A DNA stretch of 64,000 bases from Planctomycetota bacterium (lineage in GTDB: Bacteria > Planctomycetota > UBA1135 > UBA2386), in assembly GCA_046290465.1 (NCBI GenBank), contig JBKAGP010000001.1, positions 2,592,001 to 2,656,000 on the forward strand. Direction: 5' to 3'. This document shows, one piece after another, positions 39,747-48,765 of this stretch. Numbering within the stretch: position 1 is the stretch's first letter; every line of letters starts with the position of its first letter. Below the pieces are notes generated by a model. The model was given only the letters and a program-made list of their open reading frames with translations. It was not told the DNA's origin and ran no database searches. Position numbers and translations under genes: made by a program.

Positions 39747-41036
39747 GTGCCGCATCGCGACCTCCCGCCGGAACTGGTCGACGACCTGTTCCGCCACCGG
39801 TACGCGCGCATGGTCTCGAGCCTGTGCGGCGTGCTGGGCCCGGCACGCCTCGACCTGGTCGAGGACGTCGTGCAGGAGGCGATGATGCGCGCGCTGCGCG
39901 TCTGGCCGGCCGAAGGCGTGCCCGACAAGCCCGAGGCGTGGCTGTTCCGGGTCGCGCGCAACCTCGCGCTCGACTCGCTGCGCCGGCAGAAGATCGCCGA
40001 CCGCGTCGGCGACGAACTGCAGCGCTGGGCCGCGGCCGAACAGGCACACGGCACCGCCGACCTCGATCCCGAGCCCGGCGAGATCGACGACGACACGCTG
40101 CGCATGCTGTTCTTGTGCGCGCACCCGGCCGTGCCGGTCGACGCGCGCGTGCCGCTGATCCTCAAGTCCGTCTGCGGCCTCGGCGTGCCGGCGATCGCGC
40201 GCGCCCTGCTCAAGAAGGACGCGACCATCGCGCAGCGGCTGGTGCGCGCCAAGGCGAAGCTGCAGGCCTCTGACGCGGCGTTCGTGATGCCGGCGGCGGA
40301 CGAACTGCCCGAGCGCACCCAGGTCGTGCTGCAGGTTCTCTACCTCATGTTCAACGAGGGCTACCGGGCGCACGCCGGCGAGCAACTGACGCGTTCGGAC
40401 CTGGTCGACGAAGCGGTGCGGCTGTGCGCGCTGCTGCTCGAACGACCTGATACCGAGTGCCCGCAGGCGCACGCACTGCTGGCGCTGATGCTGATGCTCG
40501 GCGCCCGCATGCCGGCGCGCACCGATCCGCGCGGCGACCTGGTGACGCTGGCGCAGCAGGACCGCAGCCGCTGGAACCGCCACTGGCTCAGCTGCGGGTT
40601 CCACCACTTCCGGCTCTCGATCGGCGGCGAGCGGCTGACCCCCTGGCACTGCGAGGCGGCGATCGCGTCGACGCACGCGATCGCGGCGACCTACGCCGAC
40701 ACCGACTGGCAGCGCATCCTGGCCGAGTACGACCGCCTGCTGACGATCGCGCCATCGCCGGTCGTGCGCCTCAACCGCGCGGTCGCGGTCGGCAAGGTCC
40801 ACGGCGCGCAGGCGGGCCTGCAGGAACTCGCCGGCCTCGAGCACGACAAGGCGCTCGACGACTACTTCCTGCTCGGCGCGGTGACCGCGCAGCTGCACTG
40901 GGAGCGCGGCGACCACGCGCGCGCGGCCGCGGCGCTGGAGCGCGCGCTGGAGCAGCCATGTTCGGAGCCGGAGCGGCGGTTGCTGGAGCGACGACTCGAG
41001 GCGTGTCGCAACGGAGACGCGCCGGAGGCGTGGTAG
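39747..41036 (+). CDS. ECF sigma factor with a C-terminal TPR-like extension (ECF42-like)
   Basis: EDVVQEA, PEAWLFRVARNLALD, IDDDTLRMLFLCAHP, YLMFNEGY, QDRSRW, SPVVRLNRAVA; follows a YCII gene. Confidence 0.9.
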   Translation: MPHRDLPPELVDDLFRHRYARMVSSLCGVLGPARLDLVEDVVQEAMMRALRVWPAEGVPDKPEAWLFRVARNLALDSLRRQKIADRVGDELQRWAAAEQAHGTADLDPEPGEIDDDTLRMLFLCAHPAVPVDARVPLILKSVCGLGVPAIARALLKKDATIAQRLVRAKAKLQASDAAFVMPAADELPERTQVVLQVLYLMFNEGYRAHAGEQLTRSDLVDEAVRLCALLLERPDTECPQAHALLALMLMLGARMPARTDPRGDLVTLAQQDRSRWNRHWLSCGFHHFRLSIGGERLTPWHCEAAIASTHAIAATYADTDWQRILAEYDRLLTIAPSPVVRLNRAVAVGKVHGAQAGLQELAGLEHDKALDDYFLLGAVTAQLHWERGDHARAAAALERALEQPCSEPERRLLERRLEACRNGDAPEAW

Positions 41037-41089
41037 GCGGTGATCTCGCGAATCGCCGAGCAGTGTGCTGCCCCCACTCGTCCTGCAGA

Positions 41090-41169
41090 CAGTTGTCGTA
41101 CGGTACGCGGTTCATCCTCCAACTTTCGCGAGCGCTCGCGAGGATGAACCGCGTACCGTACGACAACTG
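41090..41169. repeat. REPIN/MITE-like palindrome, copy 2 (variant with an internal deletion)
   Basis: 30-bp perfect arms CAGTTGTCGTACGGTACGCGGTTCATCCTC; centre CAACTTTCGCGAGCGCTCGC. Confidence 0.88.
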
Positions 41170-41233
41170 CCGTTCCTGGCCGAGAACTTCGCCGAAGCGG
41201 GAACTCCGCGGCGACCGCGCCGTCGCACGCCCG

Positions 41234-42043
41234 ATGATCCGAGCCACCCTGCCGCTGCTCCTCGCCCTGGCCAGTTCGCTGCCGAGCCAACGCGAGCAGC
41301 CGATCCCGCGCAAGCCCACCGAGGTCGAACCGGGCAGCAAGGCCACCGCCGCCCCGGAACGCCCGCAGCGAACGTCCCGCCGCAAGGGCCTGCAGGTGCA
41401 GGTCGAGCACGGCCCCCGCTTCACGATCCCCGCCGAGTGGCTCGACTGGCACCGCGAACACGGCAACACGCTGGTCACGCGTCCGAGTCGCAAGCACCTC
41501 GACCCGAAGCAGGCTGGCGAGTGGGACCGGCAGTACGGCACCGTGCTCGACGCTGCGCTGCCGGTGCGCGACTGTGCGTTCGTCGGCGGTGGCGAGGCGT
41601 TCGGCAAGGACTCGGTGTCGTTCGGCGACCTGCAGATGCGCGTCTACCTGCTGAAGGCGACGCCGAAGGAGGTCGACGGCCTGCTCGACACCAAGGGCAG
41701 CGAGGCGCTGCGGCGGATGCTGCGCCCCCACCGCACCCCGCTGTGGCTGGAGGTCGAGGGACGGGGCGACGGCGACGCCAACGACGAACTGCCGCCGCTG
41801 GCGCGGTTCCAGCCGGCGCGCAAGCCCGGACAGAAGGGCCCGTGGCAACAGGCGAAATGGTCGTTCGACCTGTGGTTCTTCGACTATGGCGGCCGCGCCA
41901 ACATCGACGTGCGCACCCGCCGCAACGGCGAACACGTGGCGGTGTTCACGTTCTGCTATGCGTGGGAGAAGCAGCACGCCAAGGCCATCGAGGCGATCCT
42001 GAAGTCGGTGACGTGGCCGGCGCGGAAGGGAGACGGCAAGTAG
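41234..42043 (+). CDS. Secreted hypothetical protein
   Basis: Signal peptide MIRATLPLLLALASSLPSQ; coding-like composition in this frame. Confidence 0.72.
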   Translation: MIRATLPLLLALASSLPSQREQPIPRKPTEVEPGSKATAAPERPQRTSRRKGLQVQVEHGPRFTIPAEWLDWHREHGNTLVTRPSRKHLDPKQAGEWDRQYGTVLDAALPVRDCAFVGGGEAFGKDSVSFGDLQMRVYLLKATPKEVDGLLDTKGSEALRRMLRPHRTPLWLEVEGRGDGDANDELPPLARFQPARKPGQKGPWQQAKWSFDLWFFDYGGRANIDVRTRRNGEHVAVFTFCYAWEKQHAKAIEAILKSVTWPARKGDGK

Positions 42044-42104
42044 GGCCGGCGCGCGCGGCGGCCAGCCGGTATCCTGCCGGACCCCTCCCCAGCGCGAAGC
42101 ACCG

Positions 42105-43565
42105 ATGCCGAAGCCGTTCCCGTTGCTCCTCGTCGGCGCCGCCCTCGCCGGCGCCGCCGTCGCCCAAGAAGATACCCGCCGCCTCGAGATCGACTCGACG
42201 CTGACGCGCGACCTCGCGTCGTTCGCGCGCAGCGCCGCGTCGCAGAAGGCCTACACGCTGGCCCGCGAGGTGGCGCAGCTGGTGATCGACCACTACGACG
42301 CCGACAGCAACACCGCCCGCCGGGTGCTCGGCCAGCGCAAGGTGCGCGGCAGCTGGCAGTCGGACGGCAAGCCGCGGCCGGACGATGCGGTGCAGAGAAG
42401 GCGCGAACAGTCCCTGGAGCGCAAGTGGAAGCAGCTGCGGCAGAAGGCCGGCCAGATGCACAAGCACTACGCGCTGGCGCTGGTCGACGAGAACGCGCCG
42501 AAAGAGCAGCGCACCGCGGAGCTCGAGATGGCGCTGCGCTACTTGCCCAACGATGCGGCGCTGCACCGCGCGCTCGGCCACCAGGAGGTCAACGGCTTCT
42601 GGGGCACCGCCGAGGACGTGGCGTTCGTGTCGCGCATGCTGGCGATCCGCGACAAGGCGGACGAACTGAGCACGCTGCAGGTCGACGTCAAGGAGGTGCC
42701 GAACGGCGAGATGCCGATCGAGCTGAAGAACATGGGCATGCCGATGTTCGGCGCGCGCAGCGAGAACTACACCTACTGGACCAACGACGGCTTCGAGGCG
42801 TCGGCGCGGCTGTGCACCTGGTCGGAGCGCTGCCACGCGTTCTTGCAGCACCTGCTCGGACCGAAGAAGGACGCCGTGCGCGGCGCGGCGTGGAAGTGGC
42901 ACCTGGTGCTGCGCACGGCGGAGCAGCGCGACGCGCTGCTGCAGAAGAGCCCGACGACGCGCGGCCCGTTCACGTTCGAGCAGGCGCGGCTGTTCGCCGG
43001 CATCGGCTTCCGCTGCGAGGAAGGCGGCCGCGCTTCGGCGACCTGGCACGAGCAACCGCTCGACGCCGACCACGCCGTCGCCAACGTCACCAAGCGGCAC
43101 CTGCTGGACCAGCGCAACGAAGGCCTCGGCGAGGGCCTGACGCACGTGACCACGTGGCTGCTGTGCGGCTCGACCCACACCTACTTCGCCGACCTGCCGA
43201 AGACGGTGACCGCCGGCGAACTGATGCCGCGCGATCCCGACCGGTGGATCGAACGGCTGTGGGACGAGATCGACCAGGGCAAGGACATGCCGCTGGTGGT
43301 CGTGCCGCGCGAGCGCGCCGACAACTTCCGCGACAGCACCCGCCTGAAGACCTGGAGCTTCATGTGCTGGATGCTCGCGCGCCACCCGGACAAGTGGCTG
43401 CCGCTGATCGACGCCTGCGGCGCCCCGAAGATCACTCCCGAGGGCGTCGAAGCCGCCTTCCAGGACGTTCTCGGCCAGCCGCTCGGCGAGATCGAACAGC
43501 AGTGGCGCGCCTGGGCCCGCCGCGGCTCCAAGCTCGGCAAGGCCAGCCACTGGGGCCAGAAGTAG
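42105..43565 (+). CDS. Secreted hypothetical protein
   Basis: Signal peptide LLLVGAALAGAAVAQ; its stop TAG lies inside palindrome copy 3. Confidence 0.8.
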   Translation: MPKPFPLLLVGAALAGAAVAQEDTRRLEIDSTLTRDLASFARSAASQKAYTLAREVAQLVIDHYDADSNTARRVLGQRKVRGSWQSDGKPRPDDAVQRRREQSLERKWKQLRQKAGQMHKHYALALVDENAPKEQRTAELEMALRYLPNDAALHRALGHQEVNGFWGTAEDVAFVSRMLAIRDKADELSTLQVDVKEVPNGEMPIELKNMGMPMFGARSENYTYWTNDGFEASARLCTWSERCHAFLQHLLGPKKDAVRGAAWKWHLVLRTAEQRDALLQKSPTTRGPFTFEQARLFAGIGFRCEEGGRASATWHEQPLDADHAVANVTKRHLLDQRNEGLGEGLTHVTTWLLCGSTHTYFADLPKTVTAGELMPRDPDRWIERLWDEIDQGKDMPLVVVPRERADNFRDSTRLKTWSFMCWMLARHPDKWLPLIDACGAPKITPEGVEAAFQDVLGQPLGEIEQQWRAWARRGSKLGKASHWGQK

Positions 43566-43656
43566 CGGTACGTACGCGGTTCATCCTCCAACTTCCGCGA
43601 GCGCTCGCGCTCGCGGAAGTTGGAGGATGAACCGCGTAACGTACCGCTACTTCTGG
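43556..43656. repeat. REPIN/MITE-like palindrome, copy 3 (opposite orientation to copy 1)
   Basis: CCAGAAGTAGCGGTACGTACGCGGTTCATCCTCCAACTTCCGCGAGCGC-TC-reverse complement with a 1-nt indel. Confidence 0.93.
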
Positions 43657-45056
43657 GGGCTCAGGCGGACCGTTCCCAGCCGGTCGTCCGGGTCGCAGAA
43701 GGCGCCGATCGTGGCGCACAGCTGCTGGACCAGTTCGTCGGTGTAGCGGTCGTAGAAGCGCTGGTTGTGCGGGCCGACGCCGTGCTCGGCGGAGTAGCTG
43801 CCGCCGAAGTCGCGCACCGCGAGCTCGTAGATCGCGTCCTGCAGCTCGGCCTTCAGCGCCTCGCCGTCGGCGACCTCGCCTTCGTGCCACAGCAGGTTGA
43901 GGTGGCTGCCGCCGTCACCCCAGTGGCCGTAGTCGCACAGCCGCACGAACGGATACGACTCCGCCAGCAGCGCGTGCACCCGATCGGTGAACGCCGGCAA
44001 CTCGGAGCGCGGCACGCTGACGTCGAACGCGACCATCTTGCCGTCGCTGCGCAGGCTCTCGCTGATGTGGTGGCGGATCTGCCAGAACTCGTCGTCGGCG
44101 CCGACCAGCACGTCGACGATCTGCTCCTCGGCGGCCTCGAGGTGCGCCGCGAGCCGCTCCTCGAGCACCTCCTCGAGGTGGATCGCGCCGGCGGGCAACG
44201 TCGTCGACAGCTCGACCAGCGCGGCGTAGGCCGGCAGTTCGTCGAACGGCCGGCGCAGGTTCGGCTGGTGACGGAAGACCGCGTCCATCGCCTTGGCCCC
44301 CATCACCTCGAACGCGCTGAGCACGTCGCCGAGGTCCTGCTCGACCGCGCGCAGCAGCGCCAGCACGGCGTCGCCGTCGCGGCAGCCGACCAGCGCGGTC
44401 GCCGTCTGCGTCGGCTTCGGCTCGACGCTCAGCACGGCGCGGGTGACGACGCCGAACACGCCGGTCGTGCCGACGAACAGCTGCTTGCTGTCGAGGCCGG
44501 TGTTGTTCTTGCGCAGGCGGTTGAGCTGCGTCACGACGCGGCCGTCGCCGAGCACGACCTCGACGCCGAGCAGGTTGCGGCGCACGTCCCCGTACTTGAG
44601 CAGCCGGGTGCCACCGGTGTTGGTCGCGACCATGCCGCCGACCTGCGGGTCGGCGCCGAGGTCGACCGGAAACCACAACCCGTGTTCGGCGAGCTTCTCG
44701 TTGAGCGCGCTCAGCAGCACGCCGCCGTCGCACAGCACCGTGCGGCCGTGCCGATCCAGTTCGATGGTCCGGTTGAGGCGCTCGAGGCTCATCACCACCA
44801 TCGACCCGCTCTGGTCCGGCGTCGACGCCGCGACCAGACCGGTGTTGGCGCCCTGCGGCACGACCCGCGCGCCGTGCTCGGCGCACAGCCGCAGCGTCGC
44901 GGCGACCTCGTCGGTGCTGGCCGGCCGCGCGATGCAGCGCGCGGTGCCGTTGCCGTAGCGCCAACCCTGCTCGTAGCGCACCCGGTCGTTGGCTTCGGTC
45001 AGCACGCCGCGCTCTCCCAGCGCGGCGACCAGGGCGGCCACCAGCGTGTCGGTCAT
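43647..45056 (-). CDS. FAD-binding oxidoreductase, D-2-hydroxyglutarate dehydrogenase-like
   Basis: VPQGANTGLV, GGMVATNTGG, LRKNNTGLD, GHWGDGGSHLN, SAEHGVG; ATGA overlap with the upstream gene. Confidence 0.88.
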   Translation of the reverse strand: MTDTLVAALVAALGERGVLTEANDRVRYEQGWRYGNGTARCIARPASTDEVAATLRLCAEHGARVVPQGANTGLVAASTPDQSGSMVVMSLERLNRTIELDRHGRTVLCDGGVLLSALNEKLAEHGLWFPVDLGADPQVGGMVATNTGGTRLLKYGDVRRNLLGVEVVLGDGRVVTQLNRLRKNNTGLDSKQLFVGTTGVFGVVTRAVLSVEPKPTQTATALVGCRDGDAVLALLRAVEQDLGDVLSAFEVMGAKAMDAVFRHQPNLRRPFDELPAYAALVELSTTLPAGAIHLEEVLEERLAAHLEAAEEQIVDVLVGADDEFWQIRHHISESLRSDGKMVAFDVSVPRSELPAFTDRVHALLAESYPFVRLCDYGHWGDGGSHLNLLWHEGEVADGEALKAELQDAIYELAVRDFGGSYSAEHGVGPHNQRFYDRYTDELVQQLCATIGAFCDPDDRLGTVRLSPQK

Positions 45057-46093
45057 CCTTCGATCTTGCCCGCCGTCTCGACCGACTTCGACGTCATCTT
45101 GAAGATCGCCGTCGCGTTCGACGAATCGAAGCGCAGGTCGAGCACGCCGGGACGCTCCTCGTCGCGCGAGATGAACTCGTGGAACGAGCCCGGCACGCGC
45201 TCGCTGCGCAGCGCGCCGTCGTCGCCGACGAACAGGCGGTCGACCTCGGCGGCGCGGAACGCCGTCTGGCGGACGCGACCGCTCTTGCTGACCTCGACCT
45301 GCTCCTTCATCGGCCGCCCCAGCGCGCGCTGCTGGTCGGCGACCGCGGCGACGTCGGCGACGCGGTCGGTCGCGTGGTTGAAGGCGTTGCCCTCGGTCGC
45401 GATCCAGGCCATCTCCTTCGACTCGCGCAGCAGCGCCTGGTAGTCGGCCCAGGTCGGCTCCGGGTGCTGGCGATCGAAGCAGCCGACGAGGTTCGGCAGC
45501 AGGTGCGCGGCCTGCTCGAACGCCAGCTCGGCGCGCTGCTCGAGCTCGGCGAGCAGCGCCTTCGCCGACAGCGGCAGCGGATCGCGCGAGCTGCCGACGA
45601 CGCGCAGCACGGCGTGCTGGAACGTGTCGGTGAAGCACTCGGGGTGCAGTTCGCTGACGAAGAACTGGGCGATCTGCTCGGGCAGGTCGCGGTGCGCGAA
45701 CGCGCGACCGGTCATGCCGAGCCGCTCGAGCGGGTAGACGTCGCGGCACTCGAAGCCCAGCGGCTCGAGGATCCGGCGGAACGCCTCGAAGCCGCCCGGC
45801 AGGGCGCCGCAGTCGGCCGCGACCGTGCGCAGCGCGCCGTGGTCGAACACCAGCTTGCGGCCGCTGCGCACCGCGTCGCCGACGTAGGCCGCCGCCATCG
45901 GGACGCGACGGGTCACGTCCTCGAACAGCAGCATGTTGAGCGCCTGCGCCAGCTCGGCACGCGACACCGCCCCGGTGCGCGGCCGCAACAGCGAGCCGTC
46001 GATCTCCAGCGCCTCGAACAGGCGCACGGTGCGGACCGTGCCGACCACCCGGTCGAGCAGGGCCCAGAGAGCCGTCTCATGAAGGATTTGCAT
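45053..46093 (-). CDS. hglS: DUF1338-family 2-oxoadipate dioxygenase/decarboxylase (HglS/YdcJ-like)
   Basis: Metal triad motifs FDHGALRT, FNHATDRV, FHEFISR; QFFVSELH. Confidence 0.75.
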   Translation of the reverse strand: MQILHETALWALLDRVVGTVRTVRLFEALEIDGSLLRPRTGAVSRAELAQALNMLLFEDVTRRVPMAAAYVGDAVRSGRKLVFDHGALRTVAADCGALPGGFEAFRRILEPLGFECRDVYPLERLGMTGRAFAHRDLPEQIAQFFVSELHPECFTDTFQHAVLRVVGSSRDPLPLSAKALLAELEQRAELAFEQAAHLLPNLVGCFDRQHPEPTWADYQALLRESKEMAWIATEGNAFNHATDRVADVAAVADQQRALGRPMKEQVEVSKSGRVRQTAFRAAEVDRLFVGDDGALRSERVPGSFHEFISRDEERPGVLDLRFDSSNATAIFKMTSKSVETAGKIEG

Positions 46094-46191
46094 AAGAAAT
46101 ATAGGGCGGCCGCGGCCTGCCAACCGCGAACCGCCCCCGTCTCTGCCCAGGTAAGGTAGCTCCCTCATCGGCCGCGAACAGCGTTACATCC

Positions 46192-46227
46192 GTGACACTT
46201 CCGCATGACTTCATGCGCTAGGATCAT
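46192..46227. promoter_or_regulatory. Tandem LysR-type T-N11-A boxes in the divergent promoter
   Basis: GTGA-CACTTCC-GCAT (46192-46206) and ATGC-GCTAGGA-TCAT (46213-46227), just upstream of the LysR start. Confidence 0.55.
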
Positions 46228-46230
46228 GAC

Positions 46231-47145
46231 ATGAGCCGATCCCTCCCTGCCACCGGCGCCTTGCAGGCATTCGAGTCCGCCGCGTTCCACGGCAGCATCA
46301 CGACGGCGGCCAGGGAGCTGAGCCGCACCCAGAGCGCGCTCAGCCGGCAGATCCAGAGCCTCGAGCAGCACCTCGGGGTGGCGCTGTTCGAGCGCCGCCG
46401 CCAGCGCATCCACCTGACCGCGGCCGGCGCGCGCTACCTCGAGCACGTGCGCGCCGCGTTCGACCGGCTCGAGGCCGGCGAGCTGGAGCTGCGCGCGGCC
46501 GAACGCGGCGGCGGCGGGGTCTTGCGGCTCGGCATCCTGCCGACCTACGGAACGCGCTGGCTGATCCCGCGGCTGTCGTCGTTCGCGATGGAGCACCCGG
46601 CGATCCAGGTGCACTTCACGACCCGCATCACCGTGTTCGACTTCGCCAGCGAGGACCTCGACGCGGCGATCCACTATGGCGAAGGCCACTGGCCGGGCGC
46701 GGCCGTCGAGCCGCTGATGGACGAGGAGGTCATGGTCGTCTGCAGCACCGACTATCGCGAGGACCGCCAGCTGCGCGAGCCAGCCGACCTGCGCCGCGCG
46801 ACGCTGCTGCAGATCACCAGCCGCCCGCACGCGTTCGACGACTGGCTGCGCGCCAAGAACGTCACTGGCGTCGACGGCCGCCGCGGCCCGCGCTTCGAAC
46901 ACCACCAGATGGTGCTGCAGGCGGCGATCGCCGGTCTCGGCGTCGCGGTGCTGCCGGCGTTCGCGGTCGAAGAAGAGCTGGCGCGCGGCACGGTCGTCGA
47001 GGCGTGCCCACGGACCCGCGTGCGCACCGGCAAGGGCTACTGGCTGGCCTACCCGGAACGCCGCTCGACGCTGCCGGCGCTGCGCGCGTTCCGCGAGTGG
47101 CTGCTGCGCGAGCACGGACGGGCGCCCGAGACCGACAACGGCTAG
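46231..47145 (+). CDS. LysR-family regulator (GcvA/TrpI-like)
   Basis: AFESAAFHGSITTAARELSRTQSALSRQIQSLE HTH; WLIPRLSSF; AAIAGLGVA. Confidence 0.95.
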   Translation: MSRSLPATGALQAFESAAFHGSITTAARELSRTQSALSRQIQSLEQHLGVALFERRRQRIHLTAAGARYLEHVRAAFDRLEAGELELRAAERGGGGVLRLGILPTYGTRWLIPRLSSFAMEHPAIQVHFTTRITVFDFASEDLDAAIHYGEGHWPGAAVEPLMDEEVMVVCSTDYREDRQLREPADLRRATLLQITSRPHAFDDWLRAKNVTGVDGRRGPRFEHHQMVLQAAIAGLGVAVLPAFAVEEELARGTVVEACPRTRVRTGKGYWLAYPERRSTLPALRAFREWLLREHGRAPETDNG

Positions 47146-47158
47146 GCTGCCGGACCCG

Positions 47159-48739
47159 ATGCCCGATCGAACCCCGACGCCCGACGACGACGCCCAGCCG
47201 GACCGCCCCCGAACGGACGAGGGGCGGTGCGACGGGGAACATCGCGACGGGGACCATCACGACGGGGACCATCACGACGGCGACCTGCTCGAACGGCTCG
47301 AGCAGCTGGCGGCCGACCCCGACGCGATCCAGGCGCTGCCCGCGGACCTGAAGCGACGGCTGATGGCGGCCTGCGGCCGCGTCGTCAACGGCGACAAGCA
47401 CACCCGGCGCCAGCGCAAGCGCGCCGCCCGCAGCGAGGCCAACGTGGCGCGCAACGAGCGCCAACAGCAGGCCCTGCGCGCCGCCGCGATCCGGCGCGAT
47501 CGCAGCGAGAACAAGGTCCAGAGCGTGTTCCTGCCGCTGCACGCGCTGCCGAGCCGCGACCAGGCCGCCACGCGCGACGCGCTGCCGCGCAGCGGCGAAC
47601 TCGAAACGCGCCGCTTCTGCTACATCTGCAAGCAGGGTTACGAGGAGGTGCACTTCTTCTACGACTCGATGTGCGGCCGCTGCGGCGACTTCAACCACCG
47701 CAAGCGCACCGAGCTGTGCGACCTGCGCGGGCGCACCGCGCTGGTCACCGGTGGCCGCGTCAAGATCGGCCAGGAGATCGTTCGCAAGCTGCTGCGATGC
47801 GGCGCGCGCGTGCTGGTCACGACGCGGTTCGCGGCGGACGCGGCGCGTCGCTATGCCGAGCTGCCGGACTACGACGACTGGGCCGACCGGCTGCAGATCT
47901 TCGGCCTCGACCTGCGCCACACGCCGAGCGTCGAGCGGCTGTGCGCGCACCTGCTCGAGACCCAGGACCGCCTCGACTTCCTGGTCAACAACGCCTGCCA
48001 GACGGTGCGGCGGCCGGCGGCGTTCTACCGGCACCTGCTCGCGACGGAGCGACAGGCGCACACCGAGCTGACGGCGGCGGCGCGCGCGCTGCTCGGCGAG
48101 CCCGACCCGGAGCGCGCGCTGTCGACCGCGACCCAGACCGCATCGGCGGCGGAGATGTCGCAGTTCGTGGTGCTCGCCGAGGACGCCGAACACGACCCGG
48201 CGCTGTTTCCTGCGGGCACCTACGACGTCGACCGGCAGCAGGTCGACCTGCGCACGATCAACAGCTGGCGGTTGCGCATGCACCAGGTCTCGACGCCCGA
48301 ACTGCTCGAGGTGCAGCTGGTCAACGCGGTCGCGCCGTTCGTGCTGAACGCGCGCCTGAAGCCGCTGATGGAGCGGGTCGAGACGCGCGACAAGCACATC
48401 GTCAACGTGTCGGCGGTCGAGGGGCAGTTCCATCGAGGCACCAAGACCGACAAGCACCCGCACACCAACATGGCCAAGGCGGCGCTGAACATGATGACGC
48501 GCACGTCGGCGGCAGACTACGTCCGGTCGGGGATCCACATGAACAGCGTCGACACCGGTTGGGTGACCGACGAGGACCCGGCCGAACACGCGCTGCGCAA
48601 GGAACGAGAGGGCTTCCAGCCGCCGCTCGACATCGTCGACGGCGCGGCCCGCGTCTGCGATCCGATCATCACCGGGCAGCGAACCGGCGAGCACCTCTAC
48701 GGGCAGTTCCTGAAGGACTACGCGCCGACCGCGTGGTGA
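47159..48739 (+). CDS. SDR-family oxidoreductase with an N-terminal Cys4 (zinc-ribbon-like) extension
   Basis: CYICK...MCGRCG; ALVTGGRVKIG; LVNNA; HTNMAKAALNM; VDTGWV. Confidence 0.88.
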   Translation: MPDRTPTPDDDAQPDRPRTDEGRCDGEHRDGDHHDGDHHDGDLLERLEQLAADPDAIQALPADLKRRLMAACGRVVNGDKHTRRQRKRAARSEANVARNERQQQALRAAAIRRDRSENKVQSVFLPLHALPSRDQAATRDALPRSGELETRRFCYICKQGYEEVHFFYDSMCGRCGDFNHRKRTELCDLRGRTALVTGGRVKIGQEIVRKLLRCGARVLVTTRFAADAARRYAELPDYDDWADRLQIFGLDLRHTPSVERLCAHLLETQDRLDFLVNNACQTVRRPAAFYRHLLATERQAHTELTAAARALLGEPDPERALSTATQTASAAEMSQFVVLAEDAEHDPALFPAGTYDVDRQQVDLRTINSWRLRMHQVSTPELLEVQLVNAVAPFVLNARLKPLMERVETRDKHIVNVSAVEGQFHRGTKTDKHPHTNMAKAALNMMTRTSAADYVRSGIHMNSVDTGWVTDEDPAEHALRKEREGFQPPLDIVDGAARVCDPIITGQRTGEHLYGQFLKDYAPTAW

Positions 48740-48765
48740 GCCGATACCGTTCGTCCCCGCCCGCG

